A DNA stretch of 64,000 bases from Schmidtea polychroa. Taxonomy: Eukaryota. This document shows positions 37,968 to 52,440 of this stretch, in pieces. The stretch is taken from positions 33,358,001 through 33,422,000 of the forward strand of contig CM097885.1 in assembly GCA_044892525.1 (NCBI GenBank). Reading direction: 5' to 3'. A program made the translations under genes and the position numbers. Every line of letters starts with the position of its first letter. Position 1 is the stretch's first letter. The notes beneath the pieces are model-generated. The model saw only the letters and a list, made by a program, of their open reading frames with translations, had not been told where the DNA came from and did no database searches.

Positions 37968-39177
37968 ACTTCCTGAGAATGTTCAATTCTAATGACATCG
38001 GCTTTAAAAATATGCTCATAAATGAATTAATATGTTCCAGAGGAAATGGATCTTGCTTGGACACCGCGATCAAATGGATGAATGGAGAAACTACAGTGGT
38101 TGGTATGAAAGAATCGATTTTTCTCAAATTTAGAAAATCAGTTAAACGACTAAAAGAAAAATTCATCATTCTGATACGCTTAAAGATTATTGACAATGAA
38201 TTCGTCTTGGAAATAAAACATGAAGAAAGATTGCGAATTATGAATAAAGATAATATGGAGGAAACAGGCTCATAAATACATGACCTTATAAGCATGATAT
38301 ATGCGGAAAGATGGAAAATTATGGTCTGTCAAGGACATATTGCAAAACATATCGGTGAAAGCGACTACGCATCAATCTTCATACAATCTGACTGCCTAAC
38401 AGATCCACAATTTTACTTTTTAGTCAACGCCAGGAACAATATGCTTAACCTGAAATATGGCCCATTCAGATTAAAAGAAAATCTTGATACTATGTGTAGA
38501 CACTGCAAAATATTTCCAGAAACGCAGGCACACATATTTAATCATTATACTGAAAAAATAAATGTCAAAAGATCAAAGCATTCAAATGTCCTAAAAGTTG
38601 TTGGGGAACATTTAGTATCAATAGGTATAGATGTAGATATCGAGACATCTCCTATCGGAATTTAAACCACACTAAAGCCGGATATATTGATCAAACCACA
38701 AAGAAAAATTCTTTTTCATATTATTGATTTGAAAGTGCCTTATGAGGACAATGACAATTTTGAAAATGCAAGAAATAAAAATTATGAAAAGTATCAAGAT
38801 ATTGCAGCACAGATTGGAAAACTGAATGGATGTTTAACATTGGTATCTGTATTAGTAATAGGAACTCTTGGCTCATGGGATCGAAAAAATGACACACTAC
38901 TAGCAAAAATTGGATTATCAAAACAAGAAACCAAATATCTTGCGAAAATATCATCCAAAGCGGTAGTGATATCGAGTTATCACATTTTCCGAGATCATAC
39001 AAGCGATTGATTATATTATATATGTGTTTACGATTTTAAGCTTTGTAGCTTAAGGTGCTTATTAAAGATTTAAAAACTATAAAAGAAGAAAAATTGATCA
39101 TCAGCTCTTTTAAATTGTTTTAATTCCTACTGTAAAGGATTTTTTTGTATTAAAATAAACTTTAATTTTTTTTTAAA

Positions 39178-39222
<45 letters not shown>

Positions 39223-39232
39223 ATTATTATTA
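37968..39232 (+). mobile_element. 3' end of non-LTR retrotransposon with restriction-like endonuclease (NeSL/R2-group-like), degenerate
   Basis: CRHCKIFPETQAHIFNH (CCHC-like), KPDILI..IIDLKVPYE (PD..D.K nuclease), KYQ, IGTLGSW. 3' UTR has AATAAA and ends in T/(ATT)n. Confidence 0.85.
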
Positions 39233-42200
39233 TATTGTATATATACCTCATATTCAAAATATATAACTAATCAAGGGTACCTCCATGCGAGACAGGACTA
39301 ATGCGCATCTTTAAAGAAAACCTTGAGCATGCTGAATATCTTTAATTTTAGTAAGAAATACTATTTTAATTATTTTAATGATGCTCAAAATTGCAGATGA
39401 TTTACTAATTATTCGGGTAATGGCATCATTAATAATAATGAGAAATTTTGGAAAATTATTTCTATCGCTAAAGATTTCAAATAGAATTTTTAAAGATAAA
39501 AATAACTCTATTGGCCTTTTATATCTCTAAATTTTAGTGAACTTATCTAAGCAAATTGACATGACAGTGAATAAGAGCATTTTTAATCTGAATTTTGAGT
39601 CAATAAGTGATTTTTTATAATGAAATATTGTCGAAAGAAAACTAATATCATTATATTTTATGACTTGATAAATAAAATATCTGAAAATTTGTGTTTCATA
39701 GAAAATTAATTTTTGATTTTTAGTCACAATGGAAATAAATGTAATATCAAAAAAAGCAAACAGATAGAAGTCGACCAAAAAATTAAAATATTTTACCGAT
39801 TATATTTTATTTTTGAAATTAATTTTATTTTTACATGAAAGAAAATTATGCAATGATTAAATATTGAATATTAGATAATATGTAATTATTACATTGATGT
39901 AGTTTATAAAATTAATTTTAATAAAAATCTAAAATTAATAAATAAAAGTTTCTAAATCCATCATTAATACTGAGACAAGTAGTAACTATTTTAGCTATAT
40001 ACATAAATTACCTTTCTGACTATTTTACCACTAGTAAAATCTTTTAAAAATAAATCTAATATGTTTTCTAATATTTTTCTATAATTATAAAAATTGAAAA
40101 AATTGAAAACAAATAAAATTAAAAATGATTCAAATTAATTGATTTAAACAATATTAAAGTTGTAATACAGTTATTTACTTAAGTATTTATCAACTCTTCC
40201 ACTTTCAATTGTTACATTTTTGACTTGGACCGCGTAATTACTGGAAGTAGCCCGCAAATAAAAATTCATATCCCAAGAAAAAAAGTTACATTTAGGTATT
40301 TTTATTTTCTTGTTTGTTTTTAAATAAAATCGAAAGTTAAAGGAACTCCTTTAATATTTAAAATAATTTAAAATAATATATTTAAATTAATTAAATTCAC
40401 TGATTTGTTTTAGCGTAGTTATTTTTGTATATAAATTAAAGTTATCAATTTTGAAATTGATTTGTTTTAACTTTTAAATAGATAATTAAATAATTTATTG
40501 TTTCACGTGATTATTTGAAGGACAAATAAATTTTTTATTTATTGAAAATTTTTAACATGAAAATTAATTATTTTTTATATTTTATGTTTGGTCATTTTTA
40601 CGGAAATTTAATTCTATTTTATCTAATTTTTTTAATGATAAAACGTTATTTCTATTAAAATTTAATTATACAAGTTATCGTTTAATTCTACATGAGGTAA
40701 TAAATAATAATGAACAAATAATGCAACAAATAAGATAATTCATCACAATAATATACAAATGACTTAGTTTTGTAATATAATTAATCATTTCTGAACAAAT
40801 TGAACGTTGTGGAGTTAAAAAAAATATTTCAATAAAACCTAACTGTTGAAATTATCATAATATTTTATTTTTTCATAAAGATTTATAAAAGATTCATTAA
40901 AATATTATAATTAATTATAAAATGTTAAAATACAAAGCGGTAAAACAAAAGTTTACATACAAAAACTGTCTTTAAAAAATGCAGTTTCACATTATTTATT
41001 CAGGATTGACCAATATATATTTTTTGATATTCTTAAAATGCTCGTAATTTCGAATGAAAAAGTTTATTATATTTATTATCACACACAAAATGGGCCCGGA
41101 TATACTGAAATTCTTAAGTGAGTTTCACTGTACGTTGTCTGATAATGTGATGAATGAATCAATGGAAATCAGTTTCATTGAAAAAAATATATAAAGAAAA
41201 AAACGATATAAAAAGTCTTAAAATATTTTTATGTTAAATTTCTTAATAAAAATATTTTTAATCTTTAATTATAAAATTTAATTTCAAATTAAGTTAAATA
41301 GAAAGGTTTTTTACTCTTCCGTATTAATAAACTTAAAAAATAAAAATAAAAACTTTTTTAAAATAAAAAAAAATAAATTTCATTAGTATTAGAATGAAAG
41401 AAAATCAAATGAATAATGATTGAGATTAATGGAAAATTGAAATATAATTAGCAATCATTGGAAAGTTTCGTTTTTTAAATTAATATTATACATTTTAACA
41501 TAAAAATTTCAATTATTCATTTACTAATGAACTACCACGTGTACATTATCATTCTGGTATTTTCTATTTTCTTTTTTACAGAATATAATTTCTTTCTCAA
41601 ACAACATTAATTTTGAGAAAAATGAAAAAATCCCAGTTGATTTCAATTTTATTATTTCAGTAAAATCTGGCTGTTGTTTTTATATCATTATATCATTTAC
41701 ATTGAAATATTTAATACTATTGAATTAATTTCAATACACCAAAATTTAATGAAAAAGGATAAGATATATATGAGAAACATTTTTCAATTTTCATCACAGA
41801 AGTTTAAAAATATTAAAATTGACAGTAAAATAAAAGTAATTGGAAAAATATTATGAAACAACAACACATGTTAGTGAAATTTGTGCAAAAATAGTAACAG
41901 TTGAACTTTCAACATAAAATATTATTTTTGACGAAATAATAAATAAATATTGCCCATAATATTCATTAAGAGAAATTTCTTTTGAAAATGCATTTGATAC
42001 TGTAAATAGAGATGAATGCATGTGATGGGCTTAGAGAACAGATAGCAGAAAAAGTCAAAAACAAATTTTATTGACATTTAACGTTTTTTTGACTTATTAC
42101 AATTAGATGTAATCCAATGAATTTCAACAACATAGAACCTTTATACATTTTTCATTAAAATCTCTTAAATTACACGAGGATTATAATATAAATAACATTT

Positions 42201-42308
42201 AAAGAAAGAATATAATATGGTCATTTCAATTTTAAAAACTCACAGCTTACAGGTCTATATTTTATAAGACTTAATGCTTATTTTTGACATCTTACAATAT
42301 AAATAATG

Positions 42309-42391
<83 letters not shown>

Positions 42392-42713
42392 CAATTCGAA
42401 ATTACATATGAAATTATTTATTCCGAGTTTATTCCATTGGGAAATAATTGGCCAATTTTACAACTGAATATTTCGCAAGTATCAAAGGACCGTATAAATA
42501 ATAAATAACATACGATATCATCATACTAAAAATTAATTGTAATTAAGCATGGATTATTTTTTAAAGCAACAAAACTGAGTTAAATTTATGTTATTAGTCA
42601 ACTATAAATATGGAAAACAAAAAGTTTAAAATTTTAAAAATAACTTCTCCCTATTATTTTTGCATAAGTAATTCAGTCATAATGATCATAATAATAATAA
42701 CAATAACAATAAT

Positions 42714-42775
<62 letters not shown>

Positions 42776-43906
42776 TAATAATAATACATAGTTAGAGATT
42801 TTTTTCATTGAACTTCAAACGACTTCGACTAATTAATTTTATTTACCAAATTTTATATGTTTGTTAAACTAATTTTGCTAGGCCTTTTTAATTTGCAGAA
42901 ATAAATTTATACATCTATTCAAAAACCTTTGTTTGTTTTACTGAAACTAATTTTCTATAATTCTAGACAATATTTACACAGCTGATCTTATTTAAATATA
43001 CGATTAAAATTTTATTCAAATATTATTTAGTGAAATATATTTTCCAAATATTCATTAAAATATTGAAATATTATTCGTTTTAAAAATTTAATATTATAGA
43101 AAACTCGATTGTTCTATTATAAATAAAAAATAATTTTTCAATATAATAAATTAATTAATTGTCAATAAAATCTTTTATCGTTTTTTTCATCTCACTACCT
43201 TAAAGATAACTTAACTATTCTTATTATAAAAGTAAATTTGTCCAAATGTTTTTTTATCTCGAGTACAATCTAATTGCACTGACTTAATGAATTTTATGCA
43301 TAGTTAACGTAAATTATATTATTTTGAGAAAAATGAAATTATTTTTGCCAAGTCTAAAAGTGCTTGTCTATGAGACTTTTCTGTATAAAATGAAAACAAT
43401 TTTCATTGCTCAAATTAATGTTAGACTTGAAAATTTTAACATGAAAAAATTGTTTCTTAAAATCCCTTGAATGAAATTACTAATGACGCAATGAAATATG
43501 ATTAAAAAATCTATCAGAAAAATATTAAACTAGATATATTTTAACTACATAAAAATAGCAAAAGATTTAGTGAAAATGTCAAGTTTTCCTTTGCCCAACA
43601 ACTAAAACATAATAAAGAATTGACATTGGATATCCACCCATGGTTTCCACTGTCACTCAAATAAATACAACTTTAATACAAATTATTACAGCATATTTCA
43701 ACAACTGTACAAAACCCCATAATATGTACTTGGTATTTCACATTTATATCATTAATATCTTTATGATTTCCTATAATTGTTTTTGCCGCGAAATCTAATA
43801 AATACAATTACTTTTAATTATCAAAAGAAAACTTCATATCAGTAATATGACTAACTTTTATTGTTGAAATTATTCGTTGAAACATAATTATTGTCATCGT
43901 TATGGT

Positions 43907-44245
<339 letters not shown>

Positions 44246-45159
44246 TACTTATTCTTGAAATCGTTTGATTTTTGAGATCAAATAAAATGTCTACATTTCA
44301 ATAATATCTTTAGTATTAATTTCAATTATTAATGACAAAATTTGAAATAAAAATAAAATTTCTTTCAAATAAATCTGAACAGAATTCCAATTAAGAAAGT
44401 ATTCATGCATAATTTTGACATTTAGACAATTATCATATTTTTTTGCGAAAATTATTTTAGCATAATTTTCATTTGTTACCATTTTTTTGCAAGAACTGAT
44501 AACTTTTGAACAAAATTTACAATTTCTATAATTTATTGAATAAGAAAATGCGACTACAGATTGTTATTGGTTTAAATTGGTTTGCATTCGTGCGTTATTT
44601 GTAATAATTTTCTTTGATAAATAATTTAAGCATAAGAATTTGGTAATATTTTTATATTAAAAATTTTTTTGTTCTGTATAATTCTTTTTTCAATCAAAAT
44701 TAGTATGAGAAAGAACAGCATAACTACAAAGCCCTTTCTGTTTTTGTTATTTATAAATTCCATAAAAATAAAATCTTTTATCCTTTTATCAATGATCTAT
44801 TTTTATATTCAATTTCTTTTATTTTTACTTTTTTGGTTTTTTATATTCATTTTAAATAACTATTTCCATTTACTTAACATAGAATTTTCAGTATCCTTTT
44901 TATTAGCTATTTTGACTCAGACAATAGAAAGTGCATATTAAATTGATAAACGCATATAATAATACATTAGCTTATAAAAATAAAAAAATTTTATTAATAA
45001 AATGTGCTCGGTGTACATCAGTTATGTACACAGTGCGACCTTTTCAACAATCGTTTAAACCTTTTTACTAAATATTTTGTGAGAAATGTAATATATCTCA
45101 GTGAAAACTGAAGAGCTTGTATATACATTTTTTAGATATTAGCGTGCTATTGATATGAT

Positions 45160-45240
45160 ATTATTTTATTACAATGGAACGTGAAACATTTCTCCAATTT
45201 TATTATAGAAATGTTTCATGTTCCATTGTAATAAAATAAT
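45160..45240. repeat. Near-perfect 34-bp inverted repeat with 13-nt loop
   Basis: ATTATTTTATTACAATGGAACGTGAAACATTTCT / AGAAATGTTTCATGTTCCATTGTAATAAAATAAT. Confidence 0.9.
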
Positions 45241-45559
45241 GGTTAAGTATTATGTGATAACCTACTATTTCAAAATTTATTATTTATGTCCCGTATGCCT
45301 AACCCTTAATATTACAACATTTAAATTATTCAATGATTGTATACATTGTATTGATTAAAAAGCTTGACTTCACTTCAAGTGAATTTTGGAAAAAATTCAG
45401 TGCCGAAAATTAGTGAATATTAAAAACATCGATATATTTAGTGATGTATAATCAAGCATTTTAATAAATACAATGTCAATGGAAATGAAATCAATGGTGA
45501 AATTTGAAGAAATAGTTCTTATAATATATATATCCAGATCAGGTAAGAAATTATTAAAC

Positions 45560-45868
45560 ATGCTATCAAATATAAATTATAGAGGAAAGACTGATGTGAA
45601 CAATATTACATTCCTTCCCGGAAAGCCTCAGCAAATTGTTGAAAAAAGTGAAAAATATCCAATCATATTTTTCAAATTGAGGAAAGTTAGAATAATTGGA
45701 TGTAAGAAACCATTAATTCTGAATGAGTTACAATATAAAATGACATATATTTAAATACAATAGATTTCAGTAACAATGAATTTTGGAAAATGCAATAATC
45801 TATCTAAATGGTCTCATAAAACATAATGCATGTTCAAACGCGAATTATTTCCTGCTCTCACATTTTGT
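45560..45868 (+). pseudogene. Divergent intronless TATA-binding-protein-like relic
   Basis: One frame: MLSNINYRG..PIIFFKLRKVRIIGCK..IQ*ISVTMNFGKCNNL..MFKRELFPAL. Compare TBP LIFSSGKMVCTGAK, IQNMVGSCD, YEPELFPGL. Confidence 0.55.
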
Positions 45869-46368
45869 TATATCTCTACTACGACTTACACACATGACTC
45901 ATACAAAATGGCTACCGACTCATGACGCTTCGAACGAGTCATCACTCGGGTGAGTCATGCTTTTATTCAGCCAATCAGAAGCAACTGTGCTAGATGATAA
46001 CGTACATAATTATAAGATAGTGAATTTGAAAATAAATGTTCAAAAAGAAAAACTTTTTGAACCATGTTACTTCAAATTCGTGTAATAAATCTGTGTAAAA
46101 AGTATCGAATGTTCATATTATATTCCATTAACTAATAACAAAAAAATAAAAGACATTAAAAATATCAAATTTAATATGTCAGATTAACACCGTTGTCACC
46201 TTTAATAATCATTTCTAAAACACTTCTAATTAATTTTTAAAATTTTATTTTAATTATTTGATAACACAATTATATATCAAATAAACAAAATAATCGTTTA
46301 ACACTAGATTTACGGAACCCGTCAATTTGACGGACTGAGACAATTTGACTCATTTAAAATTCTATTTC

Positions 46369-46370
<2 letters not shown>

Positions 46371-46437
<67 letters not shown>
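46371..46437. repeat. (AT)n microsatellite
   Basis: Seen directly. Confidence 0.95.
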
Positions 46438-46439
<2 letters not shown>

Positions 46440-48374
46440 CTGAATAATTATTTTTTGAATTCATATGTTGGTTTTCAGATACATCATGAAATATAGGAAA
46501 ATATTAATTACTCTAATCTACCGAATCCCTCATTTCATATATCGAATTAGGTATACCTATTTTTTATACCTATTTTAACAAATATTTGTAATATGCTTTT
46601 CCAACTTGATTGTCTGTGTTGTAAATTATAATATTGCCAATCCATGATTTTATTCAAATTGACAGAAATTTAGAAAAAATGTGATTTTTAAGCAAAATAA
46701 AGATATATTTCAATTAATAATTTTAATATAATAATTGAAATAATGAATTTTAGTATAGTAAATAAACACTTAATTTCAATTTTTTGATGTTTTTGATCTT
46801 ATATGACTGTATTGTTTCAATATTACTAGGATAGGACAATTAGTATTTCAGTTCTTTTGAAATGTTGGTATTTGAACTGTCTTTCATATTCAACATTACA
46901 TATTTTCTTGTTTCATAAATTAAAGAAATATAATCATTGATGGTGGCGCCATATTAAATAGAGGTCATTGAAATTTTAAGAATAAAAAACAATATTGAAA
47001 CAATCTTTTTATATTTTAATGAAATATATGCATATATTTTAGACATACACTTTAGTCAACAAACAGTAAAAAATATTTTTTGTACCGAAAATAAATCAGT
47101 AAAACTTCTTTTAATTTTAATTACTATCTAATTAAATTTTATGTTTTCATAAAATATTTTAATTGAGCGGAAATATATGATATATAATAAGAAAATATTC
47201 CATCAACCTCAACATTTATGAAAATAATTTTTATTAGTTAGCAAACTTTGAGTTTAAAATTTCCATATGCCCTCACCTCAATTATTTATTGTTGAAAAAT
47301 GCGATAATTTGTAATAAATATCTCTTTTATTGGACATCATTAAATGGAACTTTTCATTAATTTTTCCTTAGTAATTCTCCATTAAATATTGATCATAGAG
47401 AGAACAAAATGCATTTAAGTCAATATATTTTTAATATTTTTAGAATATTAAATGGGAATTAATGAGAAAATATTTAATACTTTTAGAAATAGTTTAGATA
47501 AGTAATTTTAAAAAATCGAAAGACATTTAAAAGTTTTTTTAAACATCAAAAATAAATTTATTCGTAATTGAGATTTTGATTTATTAATAGATGTCTCATT
47601 ATAACATTGCATTTTGATTAAAATAAATAATTAAAATATTTATTTATGAATATTTATTATTCACTGTTTCACTTCTTAACACTATTTTATTCGGAATCTT
47701 GAGACAAGGATGTCATAAATATTTAGTAATTATATCCAAAAGGTTGGTCTTCTTTCGAAAAATAGAACATAACATAAAATGTTACCAAAAATATATTAAT
47801 GCTAAATTTTAATAGTTCATTACTATAGAAAATTTATTTTTGTAATAATTTTAGAAAACTGTCCCCCTAGTAGACAAACATTAATCACTGAAGAAGCAAT
47901 ATCTCACAGCAAAGAGGCCATTGCATAAACAGTTATCTTGAGGTAAGACCAAGAATCACTTGTATTTTAATTTTTCAAAATTTAAAACAAAATAAATAAA
48001 TAAATCTGAAAATAATCTGAATAGTTTAATTTATAACAAAAATATATATAAAATATATATCATTATCAAAATTGATAGTATAAGTCATTTTGTTTAAATG
48101 AGTTAAATAAAAACATTTTTTTAATATTTTCTACATTGCTCATTTTTGTTTTGTTCTTAATTTAATGAGTATTCTAATAAATGAAATTTATTTAAAATTA
48201 TTGATCAAATATATAGTTGCATTTTGCTTTGGCTATATTTAATGAGTGCGTTTGGATGTACATTGAAAATTATGCACTTGCGCGTTGCTATATAATAGGC
48301 ACGAATGAATTTATGTTAAATGTTGCAACCTTTTCTAGCTTGCATGTCATTAGGATTTTTTATATAAAATAATA

Positions 48375-49378
48375 AGACGCGTGCCGAGAAAATAAAATAA
48401 AACCAATACATAAGATAATATGTTTTCTGTAAATAAATTTCAGAACTATACATAATAAACAAATATTTTTGTGTTATGTTAATATATTAATATCTTTATT
48501 AAAAAAAGTATAAAATGAAAATATAGTTGAAATGAAATAAAAAAATCCATATTTTTATTTATTTAGTTATATAAATAAATAAAGAATAATTAAAGAATGA
48601 AATTATTTTTGCAAAACAAACTTAAATTAATGACATTTCTGTTATTGTACAGTGGATGATAAATATTTTATATCTGGCTCATAATTCGTAGCTTTTAATA
48701 AGATACAAGAAGTACTACTATCGTCTGTTAGTTTATTTCTCATGTCTGATTTAATAAAATTCATTGAAGGAAACGTTTCACAAGAATAAGTAGATGAAAA
48801 AATTGTTAAAATAGGCATTGTTATTTTTTTAAGGCATGAAAAATTATCGTGAATAGATTTCCAAGTTGTAAGAATTTCATTTTCACCATTTCTCTGGACT
48901 GCTCCAAATAATCTATCTCGTTCAATTTCTTCCAAAATGATTCTTAAATCAATGAATTTTTGTTTCCATATCGAACTAGATTGAAAATCCACCAATTGCA
49001 TCTCGAAATCTTCTAAATTCATAAATTCGAATATCATTAAATTTAACTGTTCGTATGTATAAATATCTGGACGGGTAATAAATTTTGAAGTTTATTCAAA
49101 TTATCGAAATTGTATATATCTTGCCGAAAATTGTTCAATTCTAGCTTCTAAAATATTGTTGATTTATTTTATTATTTTTGTTACTTCGGGGTTTTCATGA
49201 ATTTCTAAGTTCATCATATATTTTTTGAAATTTGGGAAATACTTAAAATTTCTGCTCATTACGTTTTGTAAAAAAGTAAAGCTTTTTTTACAAAAATAAT
49301 TCAAAATTTTTATTTTAAACTTATAAAAACTTCGGGTGTCATCAAATTCTCTCACGTACCATAAGTTGGCCATCACTG
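48375..49378 (-). mobile_element. Internally deleted hAT (GTF2IRD2/SPIN-like) transposon
   Basis: TIR CAGTGATGGCCAACTTATGG on the minus strand at 49378. ORF 48642-49037 has the hATC motif IFSSTYSCE..MNFIKSDMRNKLTD. Confidence 0.8.
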
Positions 49379-51695
49379 AACTATACGTTCTAAATGTGTT
49401 GGTATTGCTGTGAGTAGTATCCTTTTAGATGCGCAAGTTAAGGCAGCACGCATGTAGTATAAAAGTGGCACAAATCCATCACTGTTACACACTTAACTCC
49501 TTGTCATTTTACATTTCTTTACATTCATTAAAAAGCAAATATTCATAAACACTACCAAAAGTTCTTTAAAATTAAAAAATGAAAAGCAAAATGCTGAGAA
49601 AATAATAAATTTCAATTTTTTATTATGTATTTGGTGCACACATGGAATATATCCTACAGATTGTAAAATGTAAAATAATACTTAATATATAAATAATAAT
49701 GATATTTTCTCTTTCATTGTGTAAAATATTATTTTGAATAACTCAGTTGTTTTAATAAATAGATTCATTTTGTAGTCCATATTTCTTAATTTTTGATATT
49801 AAGGGAAACATGGTTCATGAAATAAAATATCCCCATACAAGTTAAATGTTATGGATGAATGAGCCGTCAAACAATACGGAAAGAAATTCTTCATAAAAAT
49901 TGTATCAAATATTTGTGATTAAATTTGACTAAATTTGTTAATCTATTGTCATCTAATAATGAAAAGAAAAGAAACATAAATATTTCATTTACAATCTCAT
50001 TTAGATTTGTCATTGTTAAGAGGTTTAAAACTTGTTTTGAAAAAAATTTATTTTTGAAAGATTTTGTGAAGATTTTGTGGAGATTTTTTTGGAAAACTTT
50101 CAAAATCTTCGTATGTGATTCGATGATATTCTTTACCAAGTAGTCACCAATGTCTTTTTAAACTGTTTGAACCAAGCAAATATTAACAAATTTTATTCTG
50201 ACCATGTGCCAATACTGCATCAACGAACACTCTTACCACCACAACATATAAAGACTAATTGTCAATGAGCAATCACAGTCATTATCTCTCCAACTTATAT
50301 GATAAAAACTTCTATCATAGACCAAATAGATCCACACTTCGTCCATGACAATCTATTGTCTCAAGAAATCATTTGCAACATATTTCAGTAAAGTTTCGTT
50401 AAAATTCTTTCACGATTGTCTCCTGTTTCATCAGTTATGGAATCCATAGATTGAACACATGACATTTCCCCATCAGTTGCAATGCCGCAGAATTATTCTG
50501 TGACTCACACTAAGTTCCCATTAATAAACCTTGAATAAATGTGTCCAAATCCACGTCTTGATCATTCATATTAAAATTGCTGTGTTACAAATATTAAATG
50601 GCTAAATTAGTGTGAAAAGATAACGAACTTCACCAGTTGTGTACTTTAGAGTTGCTTTTATGGGAAAAAGAGTAAAACGCAAAATTATATTTTCTAATTC
50701 ATAGAAAAGTAAGATTTCAATAACCTCAGCATAATAAATTATTTAGAATATATTGCCAAAAAATAAATGACTTGAAAAATGGAATATTAACTAAAAATGA
50801 TAAAATGTAGTTACGCCTTTTCCACAGCCTGAATAATATTCTAAACCATTTCTTTTTTTTGTTTCATATGCGTTATTGTTAAAAGATTATTTTTTGTAAT
50901 GTCACGGTAAAACTTAAATATTCAGCTAAAACCAATTTTTAAAATGTTTAATCCTTTGAATTTTGAGAGAATCTATACTAACTCTTCTAATGTCGCAAAT
51001 ATGCAACATCGAACGAAATTAATTAAGCACACAGAAACAAGATTTCAAATAAAACTAATCAGGTTATTGAATGACATAAATAACTGTGAAACAATAGATT
51101 AACAACAATATGGTAATATTAAATAAAATACAAATTATTATATTAAATAAGCAATTTTTGCAAACAGAAACGAAAATAGCCAAAAATGAATTAATTAAAA
51201 CTGATCAACCAAATATTACCTGATTAGAAAAATGAATTATTATTTTGGATAGAAATTAAAGCCTGCTCACAACAGTGATTTTATAATTATATGTTATTAA
51301 TCTTTGAAGGATATTTTAATTTCTATCAGGATTTCTGGATGAAATAAAATGGTTAGTTATTCCAGAATGTTGTCTTTTATTTTTCAATTATGCATATCAA
51401 TAGTTAAGTAAACATAAGATAAGCAAAAGTATCATATATAAATATTTTTAAGTTGATATTGAAGCGGAATAGTTACATTAAATAGAAAAATATAATTTAA
51501 ATAGAATAAACACTTTTCTTAGTTTAGTCAATCTCGAATATCAAATAGGAATATATCCGTCAAATGTTTGAATTATTATTTGTAATAATCGTTTGGAGCA
51601 TTCTGTGATAATTTCTCATTATATGACTTGCTAATAGTTGAATCAGCAATATTGTATACTAACCTGGCGCGAAGAGAAATTTTCGCGTCTCCTGC

Positions 51696-51737
51696 ATAGT
51701 ACTGATGAGAGCTAAAAGCTCGAAACTAGTCTACTAT
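51696..51737 (+). ncRNA. Minimal type I hammerhead ribozyme (Penelope-associated type)
   Basis: ATAGTA-CTGATGA-GAGCT-AAA-AGCTC-GAAA-CTAG-TC-TACTAT. Perfect stems I and II, intact core, palindromic stem III (ACTAGT), GUC cleavage triplet. Confidence 0.88.
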
Positions 51738-51968
51738 TGGGATTTGCATTGTGTATCACAAAGCTTGTAATGTTTATATTATTTTAATGTTAGACACCCG
51801 TAAAAAAATTTACACCATTTAATTAAGTGGTTATTATTTCTATTTTTTTAATAATGCGATTATTATATTTTTTTACTATTACTTTTATTTTACTTAGTAT
51901 TATTATTATTTTTACCATTATTATTGTTTAAAAAAATCGAAGTATAGAATTTTCTAATATTTATTTTA

Positions 51969-52440
51969 TGACATAACAGTTCAAGTATTTGTCTCCTTAT
52001 GATCGAATACTATTATGTAATAATGAAGATGAAATATGAAACATGTTTCAGACATACAATGACATACACACAAGCATCAAATCATTGACGATAATTATTA
52101 ATTAGGTGATTTAATTATTAGATTACTTACATCTCCTTCCTTTAAAAGGTTTTAACCATTCAATATTCTGAATGATCGTAGAACTTAAAATATCTAACAT
52201 TTCATAACTGTTTTCATGTATTTGCCTTGTTATTTCCATGGGACTTCTGTATCGATTGTCGTCTTTATTTCGTAAATCTATTTTAACTGATACTTTATCT
52301 CCAATGTTGAAAATTCTATGAATTTTTTATGATTGTTGTAACGGTTGGTGTATTACTTGTATTACTTGTTGCTGAACTATCTCACTGTTCCTATTACTGT
52401 TCCTATTGATATTTTCGATATAGTCCGGTATGTTTTTATT
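51969..52440 (-). mobile_element. Gypsy 3' end: integrase C-terminus, PPT and short 3' LTR
   Basis: Minus strand FNIGDKVSVK..RYRSPMEITRQIHENSYEM..NIEWLKPF, then PPT AAAGGAAGGAGA directly before TGTAAG (52131). Distal LTR end approximate. Confidence 0.7.

Noticed and set aside
41940..42060. NACDGL motif suggestive of a transposase relic
   Set aside because: Too short and degraded to support a call.
50050..50600. GC-richer, coding-looking minus-strand stretch
   Set aside because: Stops in all frames read and no motif I could recognise.
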